From: Octopus sinensis
Taxonomy: Eukaryota
Reading direction: 5' to 3'
Length of the DNA stretch: 64,000 nt
NCBI RefSeq assembly: GCF_006345805.1
Contig: NC_043000.1
Span: 142,972,001 to 143,036,000 of the forward strand
Position 1 is the stretch's first letter. Every line of letters starts with the position of its first letter. The position numbers and the translations under genes are program-made. Under the pieces are notes generated by a model, which saw only the letters and a list, made by a program, of their open reading frames with translations, ran no database searches and had not been told where the DNA came from. Of the stretch, positions 26,591 through 38,933 are shown in pieces.

Positions 26591-27293
26591 TAAGTCTGTT
26601 TTTTTTATATAAATTTTCATCTGTCCTGCCCGCCAAACTTGGTTCTGGTGTTCGCTGAATTTTTCCTCTAGAGAATTTCCTTTGTAGTTTGATTGTTGAT
26701 GATCTGTTTCTAGCATACGGCCGACTACCTAGCAGTCCAGCCCTGCCAATATACACACATATATATATATATATATATGTGTGTGTGGATATATATAGAT
26801 ATGCAAATACGTCTTTGTATGCATAAGTGTACATATATGTATGTTTGCATACATAAGCATGTGCACGTTTGTGTATGTATGTATCTGCATCTCTGCATGT
26901 ATATATATTAAATAGCATACAAGATAAATGATTGATTTATTAAAAATTACTTCTGTTTTCAGAGTGGGTAATCCATTCACTTGGGTGTAATTGGTGTGAA
27001 CTTCAAATAAGAAGGGGAGATAATCATACAAATCAAGAATTCTTCAAAACAGACTTACCATTAAGACAACAGTCGCATCTAATGACAGGAGAACTGCTGT
27101 TTACATATGTTTCTACTACAGTAGACATCAAACAGCATTTTTTTGCCTTAACTCTAGTAGATGAGACACTTAGACATATAAAGAACAAGCATAGATCACA
27201 TTTGTGACCCAAGTAACAGAAAGGAGCTGAGAGAAATGACTGTCATCTCTCTGTTTCTCATAATTATTTCTCTTTGTTATATTATTATTATTG

Positions 27294-27346
<53 letters not shown>

Positions 27347-27754
27347 ATTATTAGTCTGCTCTCTTCAACCTTTTTTTGTGCTGACAGTCATCACCTCCTC
27401 TTCTGTCGACATTTGTTACTCATTCTTATCACCCTCCCTCAACTCACATTTACCATCAATTACTCCTCCACTCTCAAGTTCACTGTTCACTGTACCTCTA
27501 CTCCTATCTCTCTTCACATCACTACTTGCCCACTCTTTCCAATTTTCTCTTCCCCCACACCTCTTCTTTTCACTTTCTTATACCTTGATAAAATGTTGTG
27601 ACAGCTTCTCTCCATCATATTTATCCCCCTTTCCTTCCCCATCATAATTATCCATGCCTACTCTTATATAATGCAAGGTAGCTATGTATCTATTCTACAG
27701 CAAGAGACCACCTGCTCCTTCTATCACACTTCAACCTCTCAACACCTGGGATAG

Positions 27755-27954
27755 CCGTTCAAGAATTTGGACCTAGAGATCTCCATTTCCAGCGATTTCA
27801 AGGGCCACTTCCCAGTGGTGTCGGACGTTAACCAAGAGCCCACGACTACAACAAGACGACCAAAGTTTTTTTTTTTCCAAGGTCTGGGGTTTCCCACCCC
27901 TAAGCCCTAGAGAATCACCTAATCACCCTTACCTGTCTTGTTGCTTAACAACAA
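27755..27954 (+). mobile_element. ~200-bp retroposon (family E) with (CAA)n tail and 15-bp TSD
   Basis: caacacctgggatag occurs at 27740-27754 and 27955-27969. Homologous to 4144-4350. Confidence 0.85.
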
Positions 27955-28584
27955 CAACACCTGGGATAGAGCCATCTCCCTCTCTGCTCTCACTCAGTCA
28001 AAGATACTCTATAGTTTTTTGCATTACTTGGCAACCTCCTTTGTGCTGGTTTTCATGGAAAATGTACCCAGCATTCTCTATAAAATGTATTTATTGGTGT
28101 TAGGAAGGGTTTTGTTCCCTTGAAATCTTACCAAAGCAGACTAGCACGACATAGTGTACCTTGTCAGATCCTGTCAAAGCCATATCAGCTTGAAAAATCG
28201 ATAGTAAATTATGCTAATTACTCAGGTGTATTTCGGTGCATTACTCTTTTACATGAGTATACATGTACATATACACATGCATACATATATACATACATGT
28301 GTATATATATATATATATATATATACATACATACATACATACATACATACATACACACATACATACATACATTCATACATACATACATACATATATATAT
28401 ATACATATATATATATATCCTCTAAGTTTGTGGGAAATGTTTTTGAGTATGCACATAAAAATTCCTATGCAATTATGTCAGCTATGGCCAAGTAATTCCA
28501 ACTTACGGCAGCAGTTTTATGGGATAGCACCAAGCTGTACCGGTATGATGTTGGTTAAATATACTAATAATAATAATAATAATA

Positions 28585-28623
<39 letters not shown>

Positions 28624-29042
28624 TAATAACAATCAAAGGATGGAATTTCATAGATATTTTAATGCATCACTACCTGCGCTTCCACAAGAATACCAAAAAG
28701 ATGTGATTTGGGGGAAACATGCATTACAATGCATTAACATAGTTATAAAATTCCATCCTTGGATTATTATCCTTATTATTACTATATATATGAGTGTGTG
28801 TATGTCAGTGTATGATTATGTGTATGTGGTTATATGCATGTATGTGTGTGTTTGTGTGTGTGTGTGGTGTGTGTGTGTGTGTGTGTGATAATCTTCATCA
28901 TTGTTTTATGTTTGTTTACCATGCTGGCATGTGTTGAATAATTTGACAACATCTGGTAAGTCAGAGAGCCATATCTAGCTTCATTTGTCTGTTTTAGCAT
29001 GGTTTTTGTGATTCGATGCTCTCCCTAATATCAAACACTTTA

Positions 29043-29391
29043 CGTCCCCTGCCCAATTCAAGATCACAACATACATGTACACTGCAACATAATTTCTTTT
29101 CCTCAACAGGCCCTGCCCTATTTAACATTGTCCTGAGGGAGATCAAAGAGGAAAAGGATCCCATCAACTTTAAACGGAGTCTGGATAGATTCCTTCAAAG
29201 AATACCAGATAAGCCACCCATAATTGGATACAACTCACCCAACAAGAACTCGCTACTTGAGCAAAACTTGACTTAAACAAAACTTGACTTAAACAGGATT
29301 CGAATAATCCTATCAGGTGGTGCTATTAAGTTATACATGGCCTGGACCAATCTTTGGGCGAAACATATCTAAGTTATCTAAGTTATCTAAG
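29043..29391 (+). mobile_element. CR1-group LINE 3' end
   Basis: RPLPNSRSQHTCTLQHNFFSSTGPALFN..FKRSLDRFLQRIPDKP, with tail (tatctaagt)x3. Confidence 0.8.
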
Positions 29392-29837
29392 TGTGTACTG
29401 GTGTTTTTTTACATGGTACCATCATTATCATTTAAAACAGATATACAATGAACAGGAAATTATGTATTTCATGAACATTTAACCATGTATATTTTAAGAC
29501 ACATCATTGGATGTTGTTGTGAGTTGGACAAACCAGAATAGCATATTGAAATACTGAATCATATTATATCACAGATGCATAAGTACTAACATTACTTACA
29601 TAATAACTTTTCACTAATTCTAATTACTTTTTCTACTGTCATTAATCCCTTCCACTCTAAGCACATATGTGAACAGCAGACGACTCTATGCAGTCATTTA
29701 ACCTGCTGAAATGGATACTAAATCTATCCCAGAGTACACCCTGTTTTTTTTAAAAAGGAAGGACGTATTAAATATTGTAGTTCTAGTCACACTGTTTTTC
29801 AATAAAAACAATAATGTTCTTTTTTTCTTTTTTTTCT

Positions 29838-30055
29838 TCTTTTATTTGTTTCAGTCATTTGACAGTGGCCATGCTGGAGCACCACCTTTAGTCGATCAAA
29901 TCGACTCCAGAACTTATTCTTTGTAAGCCTAGTACTTATTCTATCAGTCTCTCTTGCCGAACTGCTAATAGACAGGGACATAAACACACCAGCATCGGTT
30001 GTCAAGTGATGTTGTGGGGGGACAAACACAGACACACAAATATATATACACACAA

Positions 30056-30089
<34 letters not shown>

Positions 30090-31336
30090 CATCATCATCA
30101 TCATCATCATCGTTTAGCGTCCGTTTTCCATGCTAGCATGGGTTGGACGGTTCTACTGGGCTCTGTGAAGCCAGAAGGCTTCATCAGGCCCAGTCAAATC
30201 TGGCAGTGTTTCTACGGCTGGATGCCCTTCCTAACGCCAACCACTCCGTGAGTGTAGTGGGTGCTTTTTACGTGCCACCCGCACTGGTGCCAGACAGAGC
30301 TGGCAAACGGCCACGAACGGATGGTGCTTTTTATGTGCCACCGGCACGAGGGCCAGGCGAGGCTGGCAACGGACACGAAACGGGGCGGTGCTGGCAACGG
30401 TCGTGAAACGGAAAGTTCTCTTACATGCCACCGGCACTGGTAACACATCTGCAATTTCCATTGATCGATTTCCATTGATCGATTTCGATTCTGATCGTCA
30501 CTTGCCTCAACGGGTCTTCACAAGCAGAGTTTTGACATGCCACCGGCACTGGTAGCACATCCGCAATTTCCATTGATCGATTTCGATTCTGATCCTCACT
30601 TGCCTCATCACGTCTTCACAAGTAGAGTTTTGTGTCCCAAGAAGGGAAGGTATGCATACGTAGGCTGGCTCCATCCCATGTAGAAGGCCACGGGTTATGG
30701 ACTCACTTGTCCTGCCGGGTCTTCTCGCGCACAGCACACTTCCAGAGGTCTCGGTCTCTAGTCATTTCCTCAGTGAGACCTAAAGTTCGAAGGTCGTGCT
30801 TCACCACCTCGTCCCAGGTTTTCCTGGGTCTGCCTCTTCCACAGGTTCCCTCAACCGCTAGGGTGTGGCACTTTTTCACACAACTCTCTTCATCCATTCT
30901 CGCCACATGACCATACCAGCGCAAACGTCTCTCTTGCACACCACAACTGATGCTTCTTAGGTCCAGCTTTTCTCTCAAGGTACTTACACTCTGCCGAGTG
31001 TGAGTACCGGCATTACACATCCATCGGAGCATACTGGCTTCATTTCTAGCGAGCTTACGCATATCCTCAGCAGTCACGGCCCATGTTTCACTGCCATGTA
31101 GCATGGCTGTTCGTACACACGCATCATACAGTCTGCCTTTCACTCTGTGCGAGATATATATATATATACACACGACGGGCTTCTTTCAGTTTCTGTTTAC
31201 CAAATCCACTCACAAGGCTTTGGTTGGCCCAAGGCTATAATAGAAGACACTTGACCAAGTTGTCACTCAGTGGGACTGAACCCGGAACCATGTGGTTGGT
31301 AAGCAAGCTACTTACCGCACAGCCGCTCTTGCGCCT
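29838..31336 (-). mobile_element. SINE family B split by an RTE insertion in its central (TA)n
   Basis: The 3' half is 29838-30088 and the 5' half is 31153-31336, in the same orientation. Confidence 0.85.
30089..31152 (-). mobile_element. 5'-truncated RTE-clade LINE (ORF C-terminus 30703-31152 + 3' UTR + (GAT)n tail)
   Basis: Open frame VKGRLYDACVRTAMLHGSETW..RRLRWYGHVARM..GRGRPRKTW..RDRDLWK is typical of the RTE post-RT region. The UTR has internal tandem repeats (~30423-30630). Confidence 0.92.
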
Positions 31337-32214
31337 TATGTTGGTCATAAACATAACACATTTAAACATAGGTTTGATTAATCAGTCTAACCTACACCAG
31401 CATGGAAAACGGATGTTAAACGATGATGATGACCTAAAGTTAAACACATCAATAATTGCAAGCACATTACCAATCTTCCTTTTGACATGAATGCTGTCAC
31501 CTTTCTTCTCACAGGAGATTCTTCTAGAAACCTCTATGGGCTTTTGTAACTCACTGGCAATCTTTTCTTAATGCAAGTTTGGACATCCGTGCACCATAGA
31601 GAATCATATCCCTTATCACTGCAGATTTATATTTAATGCCAATATCTCATGCTGTGTGAGATCACTGCTGACACCTACTTCAAATAGTCTACATTTTGCA
31701 CAAAGGTAGAAACACTATTACTAACAGATACATGTGTCCCCAGGATATCTTTCACTTTATTTCTATTCCATTTTGTATCGTTATTATACAACTAATTCTA
31801 TCACGAATTATGACACTCAGGTAACAGAAATCTTCTTTTACTAGAAAATTTCAAACAGTTCATGGTCTTCATAGTATGGTTGTCTCAGCAAATAATAATT
31901 GTGCACACCTGTTGCACTTACGTTCTTGTTTAATTACAAAAGGTTTGGCAGCACCTTATATCTACTGATCCCTTGAAATATTACACAATACTGAACTAAA
32001 ATTATAACAGTAACGAGTCATGAGAGTTAATGGTAATTACTCTCAAAAGGTGACAAGGCAGAAAATTCTTGAATGTTGAAAGTTCAAAAATGAAATGGAG
32101 ATATGAAAAGGGTAGAGTGTGAGTATGATCTTTGGTAGCTATGGTAACAACTCCAGACAAATTTTTCTATAGATGAACGCTCTCAACAGCTTAGATTTTA
32201 GGGCTTTTCTCAGA

Positions 32215-32820
32215 TTTTTGTGGTTTTCATCACTGTTTATAATTTTGTTCCAATTGTCTTCAAATTTGGTATATGGATTAAATCTTGTATACTAATTACG
32301 AAAATGATATTCATTTTTTTCTATAGACCCATAATTAAAAAGTTATTAGCCTTTAAAATTTTCAACAGTTTGGTATTTTAGTCAATCAGAAGTGAGTATT
32401 TTATATATCACCACGGCAAAAATTTCTGTTTCCATAGAAACAAAGCAAAGGAGCACCAGGTGTTGCAAAACTGATTGTGAAGAACTGTTTCTATAGTAAC
32501 CAAAGATGCTGCACATGTACACAAGGAGGGGAAGGAGATACGAGAGAAAGATAATTTATTTTATAAAATCCTAGTTTAATGTTTTCACATGCTGATGACC
32601 CCGCCTCCCTGCTGATGATGGAAGAGGCAGCAAATCAGCTGTTTTCTGATTGGCTGAAAATTCTGAAAATTATCAAACTTTGAATACCTGTAACAATTTT
32701 GCAAAATTTTTCTTGAATAAATGAATAACAAATTCGGATTAAATGTCAAAAATTACATCTATATGATACATTTAAAACATTTTTAAAAGGTAATTGTAAA
32801 CAGTGATGAAAACCACAGAT
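32215..32820. mobile_element. MITE/foldback element with long imperfect inverted repeats
   Basis: tgtggttttcatcactgtttataatt (~32219-32244) pairs with aattgtaaacagtgatgaaaaccaca (~32792-32817). Inner ttttagtcaatcagaa pairs with ttctgattggctgaaa. Confidence 0.7.
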
Positions 32821-33039
32821 TCCTTTCCTCTGCTTTCCAGTTCTTAAGATATCATTGTTACTCAAGTGAGAATGATCTTGCAAATTCCTTGTTATACATG
32901 TCCTCATTGTACAGTCAAAGATATACAAAAACTACTGAAGCATAGCTGACATGAAATTATCAGACCCAGGAACAGCTTGAAAATTAAATAATTTTTGTTG
33001 GGAAAATAATTCCATGATTACACAACACTTCATAATGTA

Positions 33040-33270
33040 TTTCTTTACTACCCACAAGGGGCTAAACATAGAGGGAACAAACAAGGACAGACGAAGGGAT
33101 TGAGTCAATTATATCGACCCCAGTGCGAAACTGGTACTTTATTTATCGACCCCGAAAGGATGAAAGGCAAAGTTGACCTCAGCAGAATTTGAACTCAGAA
33201 CGTAACGACAGACGAAATACCGCTAAGCACTTCGCCCGGCACGCTAATGTGTCTGCCAGCTCGCCGCCTT
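33040..33270 (-). mobile_element. Well-preserved SINE family C
   Basis: Minus head ggcggcgagctggcaga..gagttcaaattc. The central gcctttcatcctttcggggtcgataaataaagtaccag resembles the Meta-type SINE domain (from memory, unverified). Confidence 0.85.
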
Positions 33271-34544
33271 AAACACTTCATAATGATGTTAGAAAACTCC
33301 TCAAGAATTCCTTTTGGAAGTTGAACATATAATTGAGCACAGGTTATTATACTTAATTCAGTAAACCAAAAATATTTTTGAATTAATTCTTATTAAAACT
33401 GCAATATGATGCCATTAGCTTTATGTCTTAATACACTGTCATAAGACATTTTCTTTTAAGGTATTCTATTATGACAAAAATATATTGGGAATTGTCACCG
33501 TAGCTACCAAAGGTGAGACTCATTCCAACACTTATTTTTGTTTAATCTTTTTCTGAGTTGATGATTTGATGTTTTCTCCCTTGCTTGTTATGGAAGGAGT
33601 TTTCGTTAATGCTTATGACATCTCATTACAGCTCTAATTACAGTTACTTAAAAATTAATTTTTCTTCGATACAACATATTAAGTATGTTAGCTTGCATTT
33701 TATTCTATTGACTATGGTTCATGTCTAATAAGACTAAAATGTCTGGAGTTATTGCCATAGTTACCAAAGATCAAGCTTGTTCCCTCCCTCCCTATATCTA
33801 TTTTTGCATACTGATGTACTAGCTGAGACCAATCTCATAATATTTGTACTCCCTGATAACTAGCTTTCTGTCTGACTATTTTATTAAATTTGCCATAAAG
33901 CCAGTACATAGAGTAAGGTAGCTTGCAGGCTGGACATGGACATTAATGAGGTGAATGATAATGATACAAGGATGATAAGGATGGGAGAAGACGAAAAACA
34001 CCTGCTGACTTCTGTTTCTCTAAAACATTGTTCTTTTTTAAATATACTGAATGAGGTATTAACCCTCAGACTTCAACCGCTACATCATAAAAATTATTTA
34101 TATAACAGAATTCTGGAAGCATTCTTTCTCTTCATATCTTGTACTCTGAACACAGATGTCTCTACATCAGTGTAACCATTTTAATATTTCTTGACAGGAC
34201 CATGAAAATCATAATTTATGATAACAATATCACAGTTATCAAGTTATGGCATAGTTTATATAAATTAAGCCTTTTGCAAGTCCATTAATCCAAAATTTGT
34301 GACTAAATAGAGATTACAAATGCTTTTATATTATCAATAACTAATCTAACTTTGATTATTCTGTTGTTTAATCATACCTATTACAATTAAGTTATTCACC
34401 CACTTATTTATTAAGAATATGCTTATACCTAAACTACATGCTAACAAAGGAGCTTCCACATAATTGCACAACCCACTAAAATAAGCAGCCAAATCTCCTT
34501 CACAGTTGACTGTATTGTCAACTATCTCCTGCCATAAGTGAACA

Positions 34545-34840
34545 TCACCATCATCATCATCATCATCGTTTAACGTCCACTTTCCATACTAGCATGCTTT
34601 GGACGATTTGACTGAGGGCTGGTGAACCAGATGGCTGCACCAGGCTTCAATCTTGATCCGGCAGAGTTTCTACAGCTGGATGCCCTTCCTAACGCCAACA
34701 GTGCTTTTACAGGCAGTACTGGCAATGACCTCGCTCGAATCTTTTACACATGCCACCGGCACAGGTGCCAGAAAGGTGATGCTGGTAACGATCATGCTTG
34801 AATGGTGTCTTTTATGTGCCACTGGCACGGAGGCGAGATA
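34545..34840 (-). mobile_element. RTE 3' UTR fragment
   Basis: (cat)n cgtttaacgtccactttccatactagc..ggatgcccttcctaacgccaac. Confidence 0.85.
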
Positions 34841-35117
34841 GAGCATGATTAGAGCTAATTTGAAACAACACAAGAACAATAATAACCTACATCATAATAC
34901 CATGAAAACCTTAAAATATTGGAGTTTTAATCAGGATGTTGATAAATTAACTTTATAAAAGTAAAAATTCCGTTGATAGCAAAATGAGTTTATACGTTTG
35001 TAAAAGACAATAAAACTTTAGGAGATATGTGCAATCAGCTAAAATTGCCCCTAATATATCCATGGTACTTGTATCAACCCTTTAAGGATAGAAGTTAGGT
35101 TGACTTAGCAGCATTTG

Positions 35118-35265
35118 AAATTTATTCTAACATTCTAAAAATTTATTCTAACATTCTAAAAATTTATTCTAACATTCTAAAAATTTATTCTGAAAATTCA
35201 TTCTAACATTCTGATTTCTAACTAGAAATTTATTCTGACTAGACATTTATTCTAACATTCTATCA
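35118..35265. repeat. 21-bp minisatellite (aatttattctaacattctaaa)x3 plus degenerate units
   Basis: Read directly from the sequence. Confidence 0.85.
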
Positions 35266-35343
35266 TTTCTACTATTCAGATGCTTTTGACATTGGTAATA
35301 ACAACAACACAATAATAATAGTAATGATCATAATTTTAATAAT

Positions 35344-35400
<57 letters not shown>

Positions 35401-35765
35401 AATAATGTTAATATTATTATTAATTATAATAATGTTAATAATTATTATAATAATGATAATTGTAGTAATAATGTGAACATCATTTTCTGAAATAACTGAA
35501 TAAGATTTTAATCTGTAGCAAAATGAAATCTTTGCGAATGCTTCCTTAGATCAAATATTTAGGCTTGCCATTGTTACAGTTGTTGGAATAAATCAGAGAT
35601 TTTTCGGTGTGGCTAGGTAGGGGCAAGTATTCATTTCTGTCAGTAGGTGACAGGTCAAAGAACATTTAAACATCTCCAATGAAACTAAATAGGCTTTACT
35701 GGAGAGGAACAAGCTATTTTGAATGTCTTAATATATATACATATACATACACACACATACACACT

Positions 35766-35821
<56 letters not shown>

Positions 35822-38800
35822 CAAACAGACATACACACATAAACGTACAATCATTTATTGATTTATTGCGAAGAGTTGTTGCTTTTGTTTGTTTTACACA
35901 TATGCTTGTTTGTATGGTTATACATACACATTCATTCATATATATATATATATGTATATATATGTATGTGTATGTGTGTGTGTATGTATATTAAAACATA
36001 TTGGCATTGAACTACCATTAGTCTAATGGCAGTTATTGAAATTTAGAGGTGAAGGAGTTTCATATTTTTATTAATTTTTTTTTAGTTATTTTTTTAAAAT
36101 TTATTTATAAAATAAAGCAGAGAAAGTTTGGAAATCTCGGCTCTAATAATATCTCTTTCCAAAAGGAAGGAACTTTTTAATTTTCTTTTTTTTTTCTCTT
36201 TATTATTTTATTCTTTTCTTTACATGTAATCAGTTTTGTAATACAATAGTGTTTGCCTTCCTCCACTCTTGCAGTTTCTCTCTGTCTCTCTATATAAGTA
36301 TATTTGTGATTACGTATGTTTATTTTATCTTCCGTGGTGCACATACATACGTAAATGTATGTGTCATTGATCTCTGTATCATGCTCTGTTTATGATAGGG
36401 TTTGGAGGCCAAATGTTGTTAGCTGCATAAGATGAATGCAGGTTTGTTTAAAGATAGTAAGGTTACTGAAATCAAAATGAAATAATAAAATATAAAGAGT
36501 ATACTCTTGTTTTTTTACTGAGTATAGCGCCACTTGCATTGAAATCCTTTTGGACTTCAAACAGGTGATCAGATTGATTTGTTAAAAAGGATTAAGCCAA
36601 AGATAAAGATTATCTGAATATATCATTCAGAACATTCAATGTTTATATACTTTTCTTACTTTTAACAATTCCTTTGGTGTGTGACATGTATGTTTTGGAT
36701 ATGTGGTTGTGCACAAGCTATTTATTCTATGATAATTAGTGTTCACTTCAGTCTAGAATAACACCAAATTATTAGAATACATGTGGTAATATATGCATGT
36801 ATGTGTACTTGAGCTGGTTTTGTGTTTTTTTTAATGTTTTTATTTTGTAATTCATGACTGTTTGAATGTTATTTTTTTAATGCATTAAAAAAAAAATTTT
36901 TCATTATTTAACATATTCATTATTCTTTTTTTGTAACGGGTAGAGGGTGATTTAATTTTCCATATCCTTGCTGTTGTTGATATTTCCCAATGTCTGTTAA
37001 TTTCTCATCTGAATCAACCGTGTTATTGCTGTCGTAGTAAGTTACGGACCATCCCACTCCATCTCTTCTTCTGCCTCCTCTTCCAACATTTTTCAGTCCA
37101 TGTTACATTGACTTGTTGTTATCAGGAGTTTCCTTGTTGAGATGAAATTTCCTCTATTGCTTCTTGAGAATCGCCATTTCCATAACTGATGCCTTTATTT
37201 ATATATTTATATATTCATTTATTTAATTACATTTTTTTTTTCTCCAAATAATATCAGCATTGTAATTTTTTTTTTATTGAAAGCAAGCTGCAAATGTTTT
37301 TATCAGGTTCATGAGAGTACAATGAGTTTTGCTGTTCATTTTTTTTTCCTTTTTTGTTTGTACTTTTTCTTTGTTTTTAATAGTTTAAGAAGAAGAAAAG
37401 GGGAAAATGTCTTTGGAAATTTTCTTTCCAAAATGTTCAGTCTTTGAGAAAGATTTTTGAAAAATGTCTTCAGGATAACTACAAATAACACAATAAAACA
37501 AAATAAAACAAAATTATGATATAAAATAGAATATTAAAGAAGTAACTATATTTTTAATAATACCTGAAATCTAGATATTTTTTATTGCCTAAAATCATTT
37601 ACTAAATCTACTTTTTGTTTTTATTAAATTTATTTTTTCTTCGGTGTGTATATGTGTGTATGTGAATGTGAGATATCTGTTGTTTTAAAAATATTTTGAT
37701 ATGATTGTATTTTCTTGATGGTTTTCATTTCCTGCAGTGATTTTGTTTCAATAATTTTTGTGGAAATGTTATCAAATCAAGAAGAATCAAAATTATTATT
37801 AGGTTGATGTGGACAATCTGTGATGAAATTCAATTTGGGTGAGCAGTGTGTTTATATTGAATTCTAGTTCTAATTAATCAGATTGTGCCAAAATTCAAAA
37901 GGCATAAACTATTAAAGAAAGTTATATAATAAAAAAAACCAGTTCAATTCAATTGAAAATAAAATTAAAGTATAAAAAAAGATAATCATTTTGCCCCCAC
38001 CACAGACAAGAAATATAGAAAAGCTAACAAAAAAATAGCAGCAAATGTTTGTTTAGAATTCCTTAATTAGAAAAACCAAGTACAGAATATGTGCAACAAT
38101 TTTTAAGAGATACTTTAGTGGTAGACTTGGCATAGTTGGTAATGAGCTTAGCTAATGAGCTTTGCAGGTGTTAATGATATGTGATAGTCAGTGCCTTTCT
38201 ACATTGTAGGTTCAAATCCTGTTGTTTCATTTAATTTCATTTCCATCCTGCCCTTGAAAATTCAAATTAGAATCAGATACCTAGACTCATCTCGTCCAAT
38301 ACAGTTTCATGTTAGATCAATGAAATCAATGTGAAAAAACTTTTCTTTATACGACCAATAAAATATTCTGGGTATTATATCAAATTTATAATGCTTCTAT
38401 TCAATTTGTAGCTTCTTCATTCTATCCTTATCAAAACAGTGAAAATAAATGCCATTCTTAAGAACTGTGAGCACAATACTTCTCTTCATAAAAAAATTTC
38501 AAGGTCTATTAGCTTTGGATTTGGTTATTCTTTGACGATATAATTATATATTTATAGAGTAAAGTTTGATGAACATTTTTATTGTTACTTCTAGTGTGAG
38601 GTGTGTAATGCAATTTGGATATGGCATTACAAGACAGCTAATAAATTAGTTGTAGGTTAAAATAATATACAATCCTGGAGAAACACAGTAACTGTTTGTA
38701 TCTAAACCTTGGGAAACTTTTAAGTTATCTTTTAAATATTCATGGGAACAATGACCAAAAGAGTAAATGAGAGCACATATAGCACATTGCTTGTAAATTT

Positions 38801-38900
38801 GTATCATACTGCATCTGTATTTTTGAGGATGTCTATCTCAGTGAATATTCTTAATTCTCATGCAACAAAAAATATTTATGTATATTTTAAAATCTTCATT

Positions 38901-38931
<31 letters not shown>

Positions 38932-38933
<2 letters not shown>

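Larger units (their letters stand above)
25592..26757 (+). mobile_element. Retrozyme-like / non-autonomous Penelope-type element: ~546-bp hammerhead-bearing monomer as 1.2 tandem units plus an inverted ~515-bp copy
   Basis: ctgaatttttcctctagag starts at 26109 and again at 26655. 25592-26108 is the reverse complement of 26347-26757 continuing into 26210-26313. Flanked by (TA)n on both sides. Confidence 0.8.

Noticed and set aside
27790-27850. HDV-like ribozyme in family E (ccacttcccagtgg hairpin)
   Set aside because: I could not build P1/P2/P1.1 pairings.
31153-31173. Start codon of the 156-aa RTE ORF
   Set aside because: It lies in the flanking TA/CA tract. The element is 5'-truncated and is not a functional CDS.
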